A stretch of 64,000 nucleotides of DNA, from positions 328,695 through 392,694 of the forward strand of contig CASGDR010000001.1 of NCBI GenBank assembly GCA_949300345.1, written 5' to 3'. The position numbers were made by a program, and so were the translations under genes. The stretch comes from an uncultured bacterium (lineage in GTDB: Bacteria; Bacillota_I; Bacilli_A; RFN20; CAG-826). Positions 29,778-39,157 of this stretch are shown here, one piece after another (within the stretch, counting starts at the first letter, position 1; each line of letters opens with the position of its first letter). The notes below the pieces were generated by a model that had not been told where the DNA came from, ran no database searches, and worked only from the letters and a program-made list of their open reading frames with translations.

Positions 29778-31495
29778 GCGAACTGGGCGCTATAGAGTTC
29801 TTTGTAGAAGCCGCCTTTGTCCATGAGTTCTTCATGGTTGCCCATCTCGATGATTTCCCCGTCCTTCATGACGACGATGAGGTCGCTGGAGACAATGGTG
29901 GAAAGCCGGTGGGCCACGACGATGGAGGTACGCCCTTCCATGAAGTCGTCAAAGCCCTTCTTGAGCAAGGATTCGGTATATAGGTCGACGTTGGAAGTCG
30001 CCTCGTCGAGGATGACGATGTCCGGGGAGGCCACCATGGCCCGGGCCAGACAGATGAGCTGCTTCTCCCCTCCCGAGAGAGCCGAGGTATCGCTAATCGG
30101 GGTATCGTAGCCCTGAGGCAGGCGCCTGATAAAAGCATCGGCCTTGGCCAATTTGGCCGAGGCGATTATCTCCTCGTCGCTGGCCCCTTTCTTCCCGAAA
30201 GCGATGTTCTCTTTGACCGTGCCATGGAAGATCCAGGGATCCTGCAGGACGGCCGAGACCCTGCGGCGGAGGTTCTTCTTGGTAAGATCCAAAGTGGAGG
30301 TCTCATTTATTTCCACCTGCCCGGACTGGGGATCATAGAACCTAAGCAAGAGGTTGATGAGGGTGGTCTTCCCGCAGCCGGTCGGACCCACGAGGGCGAT
30401 CTTGTGCTTGGGATAGATTTCCAGATCGAAGTCCTTGATGACCTTGCGGCTAGATTCATAGCCGAAATCCAGATGGTTGAAATAGACGTTTTCGATGTCA
30501 CCTTCTAGGTCCTTCTTGCCCTCATCGGGATCGGGAGTCAGGCTCACGGTATCCGCGATGCGGCCCAACGAGGCGATGGCGTAGCCCATCTCGCTATAGA
30601 CGTCGGCCACCTCGTTGAAGGGAGCCATGTAGGAATTGGCGTAGGTCAAAAAGGAAGACAATCCGCCGATGGTGAAGGTCACCCCGATGTCGAGCCCGGA
30701 GATGAGCAAGGCCGCCCCCGAAAGGATGACCGCGGCATAGATGAAATTATTGACCAAACGGGTGGAGGGATTGACCAAGGAGGCCATCATCATGGCCTTG
30801 AAGTTGGAGTCCCTTAGCTCCTCGGCGCTTTGGATGAATTCCTCTTTCCTTTCCTCGTGGGCCCCGAGGGTGCGGATGGAGACGGAATTGTTCATCTCTT
30901 CCTTCATGAAGCCGCCGATGCGGGAAGTGCGCTCAGCCTGCCTCTTGAAATATTTGGAATTGTTCTTGGAAATGGCTCTGCTGACGATGACCGATAAGGG
31001 GGTAAGGACCACGACTAAGATGGCCAGTAGGTAATTGACATAAAGCATGAAGGCCAGGGTAAACATGATGGCGATGATCCCGTCATAGATGGCAGCGGCC
31101 CCGGAGAGCAGGCCGTTTTTGACGTTTTCGGTATCCCCGACCAAGCGGTAGACCATCTGCCCTTTCTCTTGGGTATCCAGATAGGATAGGGGCGCCTTGG
31201 ACAACGAACGGAAGATCGACTGACGCATCTCATGGACGATGGCCTCACCGAGATATGAGACATAGAAATCAAAGAGATAGCGGAACAAGGACCCGATAAC
31301 CACAAGGGCGGCCATCACATAGACATAGATGAGGACCCCATCCGTATTTCCCTCTACCATCAGGTCGATGGCCCGTCCGGCCAAGAAGGGTACCGAAAGC
31401 CTCGAACCAGCCGAGACGAAAGCGAATGCCAGGGATAGGAAGACCTGGGCCTTATGTCCCTTTAGGAAGGGCATTAACTTCTTGATGCTTTTCAT
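29774..31495 (-). CDS. ABC transporter ATP-binding/permease protein (heterodimeric multidrug-exporter type, subunit 2)
   Basis: 573 aa, N-terminal 6-TM domain, Walker A GPTGCGKTT, signature LSGGEKQLICLARAM, Walker B ILDEATS. 4-nt ATGA overlap with the upstream paralogue. Confidence 0.85.
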   Translation of the reverse strand: MKSIKKLMPFLKGHKAQVFLSLAFAFVSAGSRLSVPFLAGRAIDLMVEGNTDGVLIYVYVMAALVVIGSLFRYLFDFYVSYLGEAIVHEMRQSIFRSLSKAPLSYLDTQEKGQMVYRLVGDTENVKNGLLSGAAAIYDGIIAIMFTLAFMLYVNYLLAILVVVLTPLSVIVSRAISKNNSKYFKRQAERTSRIGGFMKEEMNNSVSIRTLGAHEERKEEFIQSAEELRDSNFKAMMMASLVNPSTRLVNNFIYAAVILSGAALLISGLDIGVTFTIGGLSSFLTYANSYMAPFNEVADVYSEMGYAIASLGRIADTVSLTPDPDEGKKDLEGDIENVYFNHLDFGYESSRKVIKDFDLEIYPKHKIALVGPTGCGKTTLINLLLRFYDPQSGQVEINETSTLDLTKKNLRRRVSAVLQDPWIFHGTVKENIAFGKKGASDEEIIASAKLAKADAFIRRLPQGYDTPISDTSALSGGEKQLICLARAMVASPDIVILDEATSNVDLYTESLLKKGFDDFMEGRTSIVVAHRLSTIVSSDLIVVMKDGEIIEMGNHEELMDKGGFYKELYSAQFA

Positions 31496-33204
31496 ATTGC
31501 GGCCCTCTGCGTATCGTAAATCTCCTTATAAAGGAGACAGCTCTTCAAGAGTTCGTCGTGCTTGCCCTCGGCCACGATATGGCCGTCATCGAAGACGTAG
31601 ATGCGGTCGCAGCCGATCAGGCTCGAAGTTCTTTGGCTGACCATGATTAGGGCCGTGCCTTCCATCTTTGATAAATTCTCCCTGACCTTTTTCTCAGAGA
31701 GATAGTCGAGGGCGCTAAGGCAATCATCGAGTACCAAGACATCCTTATGTCCGATGAAGGCCCGCGAGAGCTGAAGCCTCTGCTTCTGCCCGCCCGAGAG
31801 GTTGGCCCCGCCTTCGCTGATGGGATGATTGAGCCCATCCTGGTATTTGGACACGAATTCATAGGCCAAGGATTTCTTCATGGCCTGAACTAGTTCGTCG
31901 TCATCCACATCTTTTTTACCAATGATCAGGTTATCCCTGATGGTGCCTTTATATAGGGCCGGTTTTTGCAAAACGATGCCGCTTTTGCGGCGAAGTTCCT
32001 CTTCGGACAGCGAATTTAAGTTCCTTCCCTCAAAGAAGATTTCCCCTTTGGTGGGATGAAGCAGCCTTTCGATCAAGAAGGCCATCGTCGACTTGCCCGA
32101 ACCGGTGCCGCCGATGAAGCCGACCTTCTCCCCGGGCATGATCTTCAGCGAAATGCCATCGAGGCAGAGGTGGTCGAGGTCCCCGTCATAGGCAAAGCCG
32201 ACATCCTTGAATTCGATGAGGGGTGCCCCTTCGATGATGCCTTCGGATTGTTTGGGATAGCTATCCCCTTCTAGGGCAAAGAAGGAATCGACCCTCTTTT
32301 TGGAGGCAAAGGCCTTGTTGAGCGAATTGACCAGCCTCGAGAACATGGTAAGGGAGGCTAGAGTCGCGGTGATATAGCCCATCAAGGAGACGATTTCCCC
32401 GGTGGTCAATACCCCTTCGTGGACATAGAGGTTTCCGAAATAGATGATGAGCACCAAGCCCAGGAACAAAAAGAAGATGCTAAGAGGGTTCAGGAATGCG
32501 TTCAAAGCCCCAAGGGAAACATTCCTCTTGCGGTAGTTCTCGCTTTTGCTATCGAAGGCATTGACCTCTTCCTTTTCCCTATCGTAGGCCCGGATGGGAC
32601 GGAAGCCGGAGAAGGTATCCGAAGCCCTCGAAGCCATCTCGTCGAGACCCCCTTGGATGGAGGCATATTTCCGCGGCGAGAGATAGACCACGGTCAGTTG
32701 GACAATGACGATGAGGACCAAGGCCACCGAGAAGATGATCCCGGCCACCCAATGGATCACAAAGGAAAGCACCATCGAACCGATGATGATGAAGGGGGAG
32801 CGGATGAGTAACCTCATCCCCATGGCCACCCCGGTCTGGATATTGTAGGAATCCGAGGAGAAAAGGTTGAGGATCTTGTCCTTTCCGAATTTCTCAAGCT
32901 GGGCTTCCCCTAGGGTCTGTTCCTTGTCGTACATGGCCCGCTTGAGGTCATAGCCGTAGTCGCTGGAGACCCTCGAGGCCAGATATTGGGTGATCATGGT
33001 GCAGCCAAAGCCGACGATGGCAAAGCCAAATAGGGCCAAGGAAAGCCAGATGACCAGTTTCCAATCGCTACTAGCGATACCCTCGTCGATGATGTAACGG
33101 ACCACGAAGGGGGTAAGAAGCTCAAAGGTACATTCAACGGCCTTGAACAAGGGGGCGATGATGACCTTGGTGCGGTATTTCTTCAAGGGGGTGAAAGCGT
33201 TCAT
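31492..33204 (-). CDS. ABC transporter ATP-binding/permease protein (heterodimeric exporter, subunit 1)
   Basis: TMD plus NBD (GGTGSGKST, LSGGQKQRLQLSRAF, VLDDCLSALD). The track start at 33213 is TTG; the first ATG is 33204. Confidence 0.8.
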   Translation of the reverse strand: MNAFTPLKKYRTKVIIAPLFKAVECTFELLTPFVVRYIIDEGIASSDWKLVIWLSLALFGFAIVGFGCTMITQYLASRVSSDYGYDLKRAMYDKEQTLGEAQLEKFGKDKILNLFSSDSYNIQTGVAMGMRLLIRSPFIIIGSMVLSFVIHWVAGIIFSVALVLIVIVQLTVVYLSPRKYASIQGGLDEMASRASDTFSGFRPIRAYDREKEEVNAFDSKSENYRKRNVSLGALNAFLNPLSIFFLFLGLVLIIYFGNLYVHEGVLTTGEIVSLMGYITATLASLTMFSRLVNSLNKAFASKKRVDSFFALEGDSYPKQSEGIIEGAPLIEFKDVGFAYDGDLDHLCLDGISLKIMPGEKVGFIGGTGSGKSTMAFLIERLLHPTKGEIFFEGRNLNSLSEEELRRKSGIVLQKPALYKGTIRDNLIIGKKDVDDDELVQAMKKSLAYEFVSKYQDGLNHPISEGGANLSGGQKQRLQLSRAFIGHKDVLVLDDCLSALDYLSEKKVRENLSKMEGTALIMVSQRTSSLIGCDRIYVFDDGHIVAEGKHDELLKSCLLYKEIYDTQRAAI

Positions 33205-33205
33205 A

Positions 33206-34633
33206 TCAGGCAAGGGGTTTCTTGGGCCCTTCCTTCTTTATTTCCTCTTTTTCTTCTTCGGTTTCCTCTTCGCTAGGGGCATCGGTTTCATAAAAGAAGA
33301 CGGTCATCGGGTCATAGCGTTCTTCGTTTTTCTCACCGCTTAGGATGATGCAGTCCTTGAAGGTGCCCTTGACGGTATCGAAATGCCCGGCCCTCACGTA
33401 TTTGGCCATCTCCACTCCGGAGAAGGTCCAGCGGATCGGTCCTTCGACAAAGTCGCAGAACAAGGACTGGGTATCGATGATGAGCGGGGCCTGCTTGCTC
33501 CCGCACATGGTAAAGGAAATAGTGGATTCGTCCTCGTTATAGACGGCATCGAGGAAGTGCTTGGGCAGCCCGTCGGGATTGGCCTTCACGAAAGGGGCTT
33601 CGTCGCCATATTGGAAGGAGGCATAGAAGGTGGATTCATCAAAGATGGGGTCGGCGGTTTTGTAGCCTTGGTGGCGGGCCACCTCTTCGAGGCGCTTCTC
33701 AAGTTCGTCCTTTTCGCCGAAGAAGAGGAAGGAATCCGGATCGCTCTCTTTTTGGAAACGGAAGGCCAGATCGGCGATCAAATAGAAATGCAGGGCCCCT
33801 TCATAGTCCCCTTCGCTTTCGTAGGAATTGCCGATCCTGAAGCAGATAGCCCCGATATCGCGGGCATCCGAGCCCCTGCTGGCGTAGAACCAGGGATACT
33901 GTTCGGCGAACAAGGTATAAAGGATCTGCATGCCTAGATAGGTGTCTTGTTTTACCCCCATCCCATGGTAGTAGCAGTCAGAAATGAAGATCCTCGCCAT
34001 GGTGCCGCCTAGGGCCGCGGCCTTGCAGAAGTCCATGAAGGCTTCTTCGCGCATTTTCTTTTCGTGCTTGCTGTCTTCGTCGGCCAAAAGCATCCCGATG
34101 AAGCCACGGTGGGTCAAAGCCCCGGGATCGCCCCAGAGGCATTTTCTGGATAGGTGCTTGTGGGCTTCGTGGAGGTCGGGCTTTAGGAAGTCGGCGCCGC
34201 CGGCATAGAGCAATCCGAGCCTAAAGGCGGCTTCCGGCTCTTCCTGCTCTTCCAGCATCTCCAGGTACCTGATGGCCAGGTCTTCGTTGCCCTTCTTTTT
34301 GGAAATCTTGCCGCCGAAGTAGCGTTCCAGATAGGTGTACATTGCATCGGGATGGGTCTTCATGAAGTCGAGCCCATAGATGGAAAGGTTGGCTTCCCTT
34401 AGTTCTTCATGGCTGAGTAGATATCCGGTCGCATCCCCCAATACCGCGGGCATCCCGCATCTAGGGCATAGGGCGGTCACTTCCGTATCCGAGGTGTTCC
34501 AGTCGGAAACCTCGCGGGCCGAAAAATGGCTGCGGCAGAAAACGCAGCAGGCTTCTTGGGAGGAGACGATGTCCACTTCGTTGTTTTTCAGTTTGGAATT
34601 GATGTCCGATATGGTCTTTTTGTCCAATGGCAT
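33206..34633 (-). CDS. hypothetical protein with an N-terminal Cys4 zinc-ribbon-like motif and Sel1/TPR-like repeats
   Basis: 475 aa. CCVFC ... CPRCG near the N-terminus, repeated LGxxYxxG / AxxWY-type helical repeats, and an acidic C-terminal tail. The stop overlaps the ABC subunit start. Confidence 0.45.
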   Translation of the reverse strand: MPLDKKTISDINSKLKNNEVDIVSSQEACCVFCRSHFSAREVSDWNTSDTEVTALCPRCGMPAVLGDATGYLLSHEELREANLSIYGLDFMKTHPDAMYTYLERYFGGKISKKKGNEDLAIRYLEMLEEQEEPEAAFRLGLLYAGGADFLKPDLHEAHKHLSRKCLWGDPGALTHRGFIGMLLADEDSKHEKKMREEAFMDFCKAAALGGTMARIFISDCYYHGMGVKQDTYLGMQILYTLFAEQYPWFYASRGSDARDIGAICFRIGNSYESEGDYEGALHFYLIADLAFRFQKESDPDSFLFFGEKDELEKRLEEVARHQGYKTADPIFDESTFYASFQYGDEAPFVKANPDGLPKHFLDAVYNEDESTISFTMCGSKQAPLIIDTQSLFCDFVEGPIRWTFSGVEMAKYVRAGHFDTVKGTFKDCIILSGEKNEERYDPMTVFFYETDAPSEEETEEEKEEIKKEGPKKPLA

Positions 34634-34656
34634 GGCGAGATTTTACCAAGAGGTAC

Positions 34657-35274
34657 CTAGAATATAAAGAGCATGGGGCATAGCCCCAACAGGATTTGTC
34701 CGATAAGCAAAAGCCTCCTAGAGGCCAGAGGGTGATAGGCGCTTAATAAATAGGAAAGGACCACGAGGATATAGGGAATGGCGAAGGCGAAGCCATAGTA
34801 GCAATAGACCCCCTCGCTTCCGTGGTCATAAAGGCAGGTGGCGGAAGATAGGATCAAGAACAGGATGTTGATCCAGATCCCGAAGGTCCTTACATAGTTC
34901 CAAGCCTTTGAAGCCACTTCTCCCCATTTGTTTTCCCTAAAGAAGGCAATGACCACCCCATAGGAAGCCACCGCCATGGAAAGGACAAAGAAGAGGGAAT
35001 GGGGTTCGAAGAACTTCAAAGAGGCAAAGGCCAATAGGAAGACGGCGGAGAGATTGAAGAATTGGAAAAAGAAGAATTCGCCCGCTTTCTTCCAAGGCTC
35101 TTTGTCCTTGTATCGCCCTAGGGCCAATAGAAGCATCCCCGCGCCAAGTGAGAAACCGGCTCCGAAGAGCATTCCCCTTTCCAAAGTCGGCTCCATGAGG
35201 GCCAAAGCGGAGAAGACTATAGCGAGCAGTCCGCATAAAGCGGACACGAGGCAACTGAGCAGGCGATAATTCAT
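34657..35274 (-). CDS. hypothetical membrane protein
   Basis: The ATG at 35274 is preceded by AGGGGAAG; about 205 aa with 6 TM helices. Confidence 0.45.
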   Translation of the reverse strand: MNYRLLSCLVSALCGLLAIVFSALALMEPTLERGMLFGAGFSLGAGMLLLALGRYKDKEPWKKAGEFFFFQFFNLSAVFLLAFASLKFFEPHSLFFVLSMAVASYGVVIAFFRENKWGEVASKAWNYVRTFGIWINILFLILSSATCLYDHGSEGVYCYYGFAFAIPYILVVLSYLLSAYHPLASRRLLLIGQILLGLCPMLFIF

Positions 35275-35315
35275 TACCAACTTCCCCTGACTAACTATAT
35301 TATTTTGTTAGCCTC

Positions 35316-36212
35316 ATGAAAAAGATAATCTCCGAATATAGCCTAGTTGACCTCCTGGTTCTTCCCATACTGGGGATTTTGCTCATCATCGTCGGTAGCT
35401 TTATTGACTTCAACGCCTCCCAAGCGCTCTATCAAGGGGAGAACTTTTTCACTACCTTCGTCTCATTGATCGGAAAGCTTCCGATGTACCTGGCCATCGC
35501 CCTATCCGGCATCTATTTCCTATTGGCCCTATGGAAGGACGGCCGTAAGCCCGTCAGGATCGTCTCCTATTGCTGTCTCATCCTCCCGCTAGGGGCGGGC
35601 GCGGTATATGGCTATGATGACCTATCCGATCTAACAGATACCGCCCTTGGCATCATCCTTGGCATAGTCATAGTAGCGGCCATCTCGGCCTTGTTCTTTT
35701 GGCTACTTTGGAAAAAAGACAACCGATTATTCATGCAAAAGGCCATTGTTTTGCTCATTTGTGCGGTTTTTACCTTCCTGATCGTCTATTTCCTGAAGCA
35801 AGGGTCCGGACGCCCCCGCTACTACTTTGTCTTAGAAGAGCTCAATGAAAGCGGAAATAACCTCTTCCTCAATTGGTGGGAATACGGAAGCAACATCAGG
35901 GCCAACTATCCCGATGTGGCCAGCCGCGCCTTCGAATCCTTCCCATCGGGCCACGCCGCCGGAGCGGCCTGCCTGAGCTTGCTTCCCGTTTTCATGGATA
36001 GTTTCAATAGGCCGAAGGGAAAAGCCAAACGGTTCTTCTATGACCTATATCCCATATATGTCTTCCTCTTCGTGGCCATGGTCGTCCTTGGCCGCCTGCT
36101 TGATGGCTCGCACTATCTAAGCGACCTCGGCTTCGGCATTTTGTTTGGCAGCCTTCCCGTCGAAATCATCCTGCTGACGTTGAAACTGCAGAGTCCCAAG
36201 GATGCGGAATAA
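35316..36212 (+). CDS. PAP2-family membrane phosphatase
   Basis: PAP2 motifs KxxxGRPRY ... PSGHAAGA ... GSHYLSDLGFG, with TM helices. Confidence 0.65.
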   Translation: MKKIISEYSLVDLLVLPILGILLIIVGSFIDFNASQALYQGENFFTTFVSLIGKLPMYLAIALSGIYFLLALWKDGRKPVRIVSYCCLILPLGAGAVYGYDDLSDLTDTALGIILGIVIVAAISALFFWLLWKKDNRLFMQKAIVLLICAVFTFLIVYFLKQGSGRPRYYFVLEELNESGNNLFLNWWEYGSNIRANYPDVASRAFESFPSGHAAGAACLSLLPVFMDSFNRPKGKAKRFFYDLYPIYVFLFVAMVVLGRLLDGSHYLSDLGFGILFGSLPVEIILLTLKLQSPKDAE

Positions 36213-37062
36213 GACCTATCTGGCCTATAGGGGCCAGCCACCCCGCAATAGCAAAAGAGAACGCATACCCGAGCTGGATTTCATCAGGGGCTTTGCCATC
36301 TTCATGATGATCCTCGACCATCTCCGCTATGACATGGCAAACCTGCCCAGCACCCTCAGGAGCATAGGCGGCAACTGGATGGAAATATACCCAAAGATTT
36401 CCGATCTCTCGGGCTGGTGCGACGACCTTTACTACACTGAGTGGTATACGATAGCCCACTATAGCTTCGTGATCCTCTTCTTTTTGGTTTCCGGCATCTG
36501 CGTGAATTTCTCGAGGAACCATTGGCAGAGGTCCCTCTTCCTCGCGGCGGTGGCCTATGCCATAACCGCCTTCCTATTTGCCTTCTCAAGGTATCTAGGG
36601 ATGAATACCCTCAACATTTACATGGGCGTCCTCAACGTATTTGCCCTAGCCCATGTCGTCTATAGCCTCAAGTACACCTTTTTGAAGGGATATATCTCGG
36701 ACTTCTGGTTCGCCGGGGTCTTTTTGGTCATCGCCATTGCCTTCTATAACCCCAATCCGGTCAACATCAGCTCCTATGACCCCTTGTATGTCTTGGATCA
36801 CTACTTCGACCTGGTATTCGGCCAGGCCAAGGCCGGACTGGACTATTTCTATCCCATTCCCTTCATCGCCGTTTTGTTCTTCGGGGCTGATCTAGGAAAG
36901 CTCATTTACAAAAAGAAAAAGAGCTACCTACCATTTCTCAAATACGCCGAACCCTTCCCCTTTTTGGGGCGCCGCTCATTGGAAGTTTACATAATCCATC
37001 AACCTGTCCTCATCCTTGTTCTTACAATCATGGTATTATCCATGGGCTATAACCCGTTATGA
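36202..37062 (+). CDS. membrane protein, acyltransferase-3 / DUF1624-like
   Basis: N-terminus ELDFIRGFAIFMMILDH is typical of OafA/DUF1624 acyltransferase-like membrane proteins; 286 aa, multi-TM. Confidence 0.45.
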   Translation: MRNKTYLAYRGQPPRNSKRERIPELDFIRGFAIFMMILDHLRYDMANLPSTLRSIGGNWMEIYPKISDLSGWCDDLYYTEWYTIAHYSFVILFFLVSGICVNFSRNHWQRSLFLAAVAYAITAFLFAFSRYLGMNTLNIYMGVLNVFALAHVVYSLKYTFLKGYISDFWFAGVFLVIAIAFYNPNPVNISSYDPLYVLDHYFDLVFGQAKAGLDYFYPIPFIAVLFFGADLGKLIYKKKKSYLPFLKYAEPFPFLGRRSLEVYIIHQPVLILVLTIMVLSMGYNPL

Positions 37063-38654
37063 AAAGCATCTACGCCCATCTACTAGACACCCTGAGGGAA
37101 CATCCCAACCGCACGGCCGTCCGTTTTGAAAGCAAGACCCTTTCCTACAAGGGCCTCAACCAGAGGATCCAGGAATGTGCCGCCAAACTCGTGAAGCTGG
37201 GAGTCAATAAGGGCGATGTGGTCGCCGTCAACGTCCCCAACTGCCTAGAGGCCGTGGAACTGTTGTTCGCCATCAACTACCTGGGCGCGGTGGCCTATTT
37301 CATCCACCCGCTTACGCCTAGTGGACAGATGGTCGAATTCCTAGAAGAAACAAACTGCCACCTCCTTTTCTGTCTGAGCCTAAAAAGCGAGGAATACACC
37401 CTTGCCCTAGGTCAAAAGGCCAAGGTCATTTCCATCAACCCCTACCGAAGGGTCAATTTCATCAAGGCCTTCGCCCTTGACCACATGTCCAAATGCAAGC
37501 AGACGGAGAAGATCGATTACCATCATCTATCCAAAGCCGAATCGATTCCCGAATATGCCGCCTATGAGGAAAAAGGCGCGGCCATCTATCTGAATACCGG
37601 CGGTACCTCCGGCAACTCCAAGGTCACCGTTTTGTCCAACGAGGCCGTCAGCTATCTTTCCTTGCTTGGCTATAGCATCATGAATGTCGAAGACGGCAAG
37701 GGCATCAAGATCCTGACCGCCATCCCGATGTTCCATGGCTTCGGATTGGCCATGGGGGTGCTTACTCCCCTTCTTTGCGGTGCGCAAAGCGTATTGATGC
37801 TGAAGTTCTCCTCCAAGGAGGCCATCAGATTGCTAAAAGCCAATAACGCCAACGTCATCATCGGGGTCCCGGCCCTATATAACGCCATCCTTAACAACCC
37901 TGCCTTTAAAGGTGAGGCCGCCAGCAACATCATCGTCTCCTTCATCGGCGGGGACTGCGTGCCCGATTCACTCATCAACAAGTGGGACCGCACCATCCGC
38001 ACCCAAGGCGGAGGCAGCCATCTCCATCAGGGATACGGCCTCACCGAGACGGTCACCGTCTGCCACGTCAATACCGATAGAGCCTATAAGATCGGCTCGG
38101 TCGGTAAGCCATTAGAAGGAATCAAACAGCTGATCCTTGATCCCATTACGCACGAAGTGCTCCCCGTTGGAGAGGAAGGCGAAATCGCCATCGCCGGGCC
38201 GACCTTGATGAATGGGTATCTAGGAGGGGGCGACGAAGACCTCTTCGTTATGGTCGACGATGAAAAATACCTCCTTAGCAAGGATCTAGGCTATATCGAC
38301 GAGGACGGCTTCCTTTATTTCCGCAGCCGCCTCAAGCGGGTGGCCAAGGTCAACGGGGTGGGCGTCTGCCCGGGCGATCTGGAAAAGCTGGCCATGTCCA
38401 ATCCCGACATCCATGAAGCCTTCTCCTGGGCGGTCGATGACAAGAGGTTCGGGCAGATCCTGATGCTGGCCGTAGTCCGTTCCAAGACCTCGGACAGGAG
38501 CTATGAGGAAATCGAATTTGCCATCCAGCGCGCCATAAAACAGAAGCTTCCGGTCTACTATAAGCCCCGCCGCATCATCTTCGTCGATGCCCTGCCCCGC
38601 ACAGCGGTCGGCAAAGTCGACGTCACTAAATTCCCGAGCAAAGATACAAGATAG
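37059..38654 (+). CDS. AMP-dependent synthetase/ligase (acyl-CoA synthetase family)
   Basis: AMP-binding core YLNTGGTSGNSKV, GYGLTET hinge, and a C-terminal conserved Lys region PRTAVGKVD. Confidence 0.8.
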   Translation: MKSIYAHLLDTLREHPNRTAVRFESKTLSYKGLNQRIQECAAKLVKLGVNKGDVVAVNVPNCLEAVELLFAINYLGAVAYFIHPLTPSGQMVEFLEETNCHLLFCLSLKSEEYTLALGQKAKVISINPYRRVNFIKAFALDHMSKCKQTEKIDYHHLSKAESIPEYAAYEEKGAAIYLNTGGTSGNSKVTVLSNEAVSYLSLLGYSIMNVEDGKGIKILTAIPMFHGFGLAMGVLTPLLCGAQSVLMLKFSSKEAIRLLKANNANVIIGVPALYNAILNNPAFKGEAASNIIVSFIGGDCVPDSLINKWDRTIRTQGGGSHLHQGYGLTETVTVCHVNTDRAYKIGSVGKPLEGIKQLILDPITHEVLPVGEEGEIAIAGPTLMNGYLGGGDEDLFVMVDDEKYLLSKDLGYIDEDGFLYFRSRLKRVAKVNGVGVCPGDLEKLAMSNPDIHEAFSWAVDDKRFGQILMLAVVRSKTSDRSYEEIEFAIQRAIKQKLPVYYKPRRIIFVDALPRTAVGKVDVTKFPSKDTR

Positions 38655-38680
38655 CCCCAAAGTGGTAAACTTTTGGGGAA

Positions 38681-39157
38681 ATGAAAAAACCCAAGCGTTA
38701 CGAGGTACTGGACCGCCCTTCTTACCATAGCGGGGAAACGGGCGACACATACGGTGGAACACTGTTCATTTCCTTTGTGCTTTGCCTACTTGCCATAGCC
38801 TTCTACTTCTTGGCTTATGTCAGTCCGATTGCCCTACATGAGGCCATCCTCATCAAGGAACAGGGCGGAGTCTCCACCTTTGAGGAATTCAGCCAGCTGG
38901 TCGGAACCGGGATTTTGTCCTTGGTGGGCTGCTATCTTGGCTACTATGTAAGCGCGGCGGCGGGCTATATCCTACTAGGGCTATTGGGGCTAGGGCTCCT
39001 ATTCACCCTAATAGCCACCATACTCTGCTTGGTTTCCTTCAGATCCTATCGGAAAGGAGACATCGTTTTTGCGGGGATATTCCTTTTCCTTGCCCTCTTG
39101 TTCTTGATACTATGCGGGTTCAAGGGATGGCTATACCTCGATAGTTTCGTATTATGA
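38681..39157 (+). CDS. hypothetical membrane protein
   Basis: 158 aa, 4 TM helices. Confidence 0.4.
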   Translation: MKKPKRYEVLDRPSYHSGETGDTYGGTLFISFVLCLLAIAFYFLAYVSPIALHEAILIKEQGGVSTFEEFSQLVGTGILSLVGCYLGYYVSAAAGYILLGLLGLGLLFTLIATILCLVSFRSYRKGDIVFAGIFLFLALLFLILCGFKGWLYLDSFVL

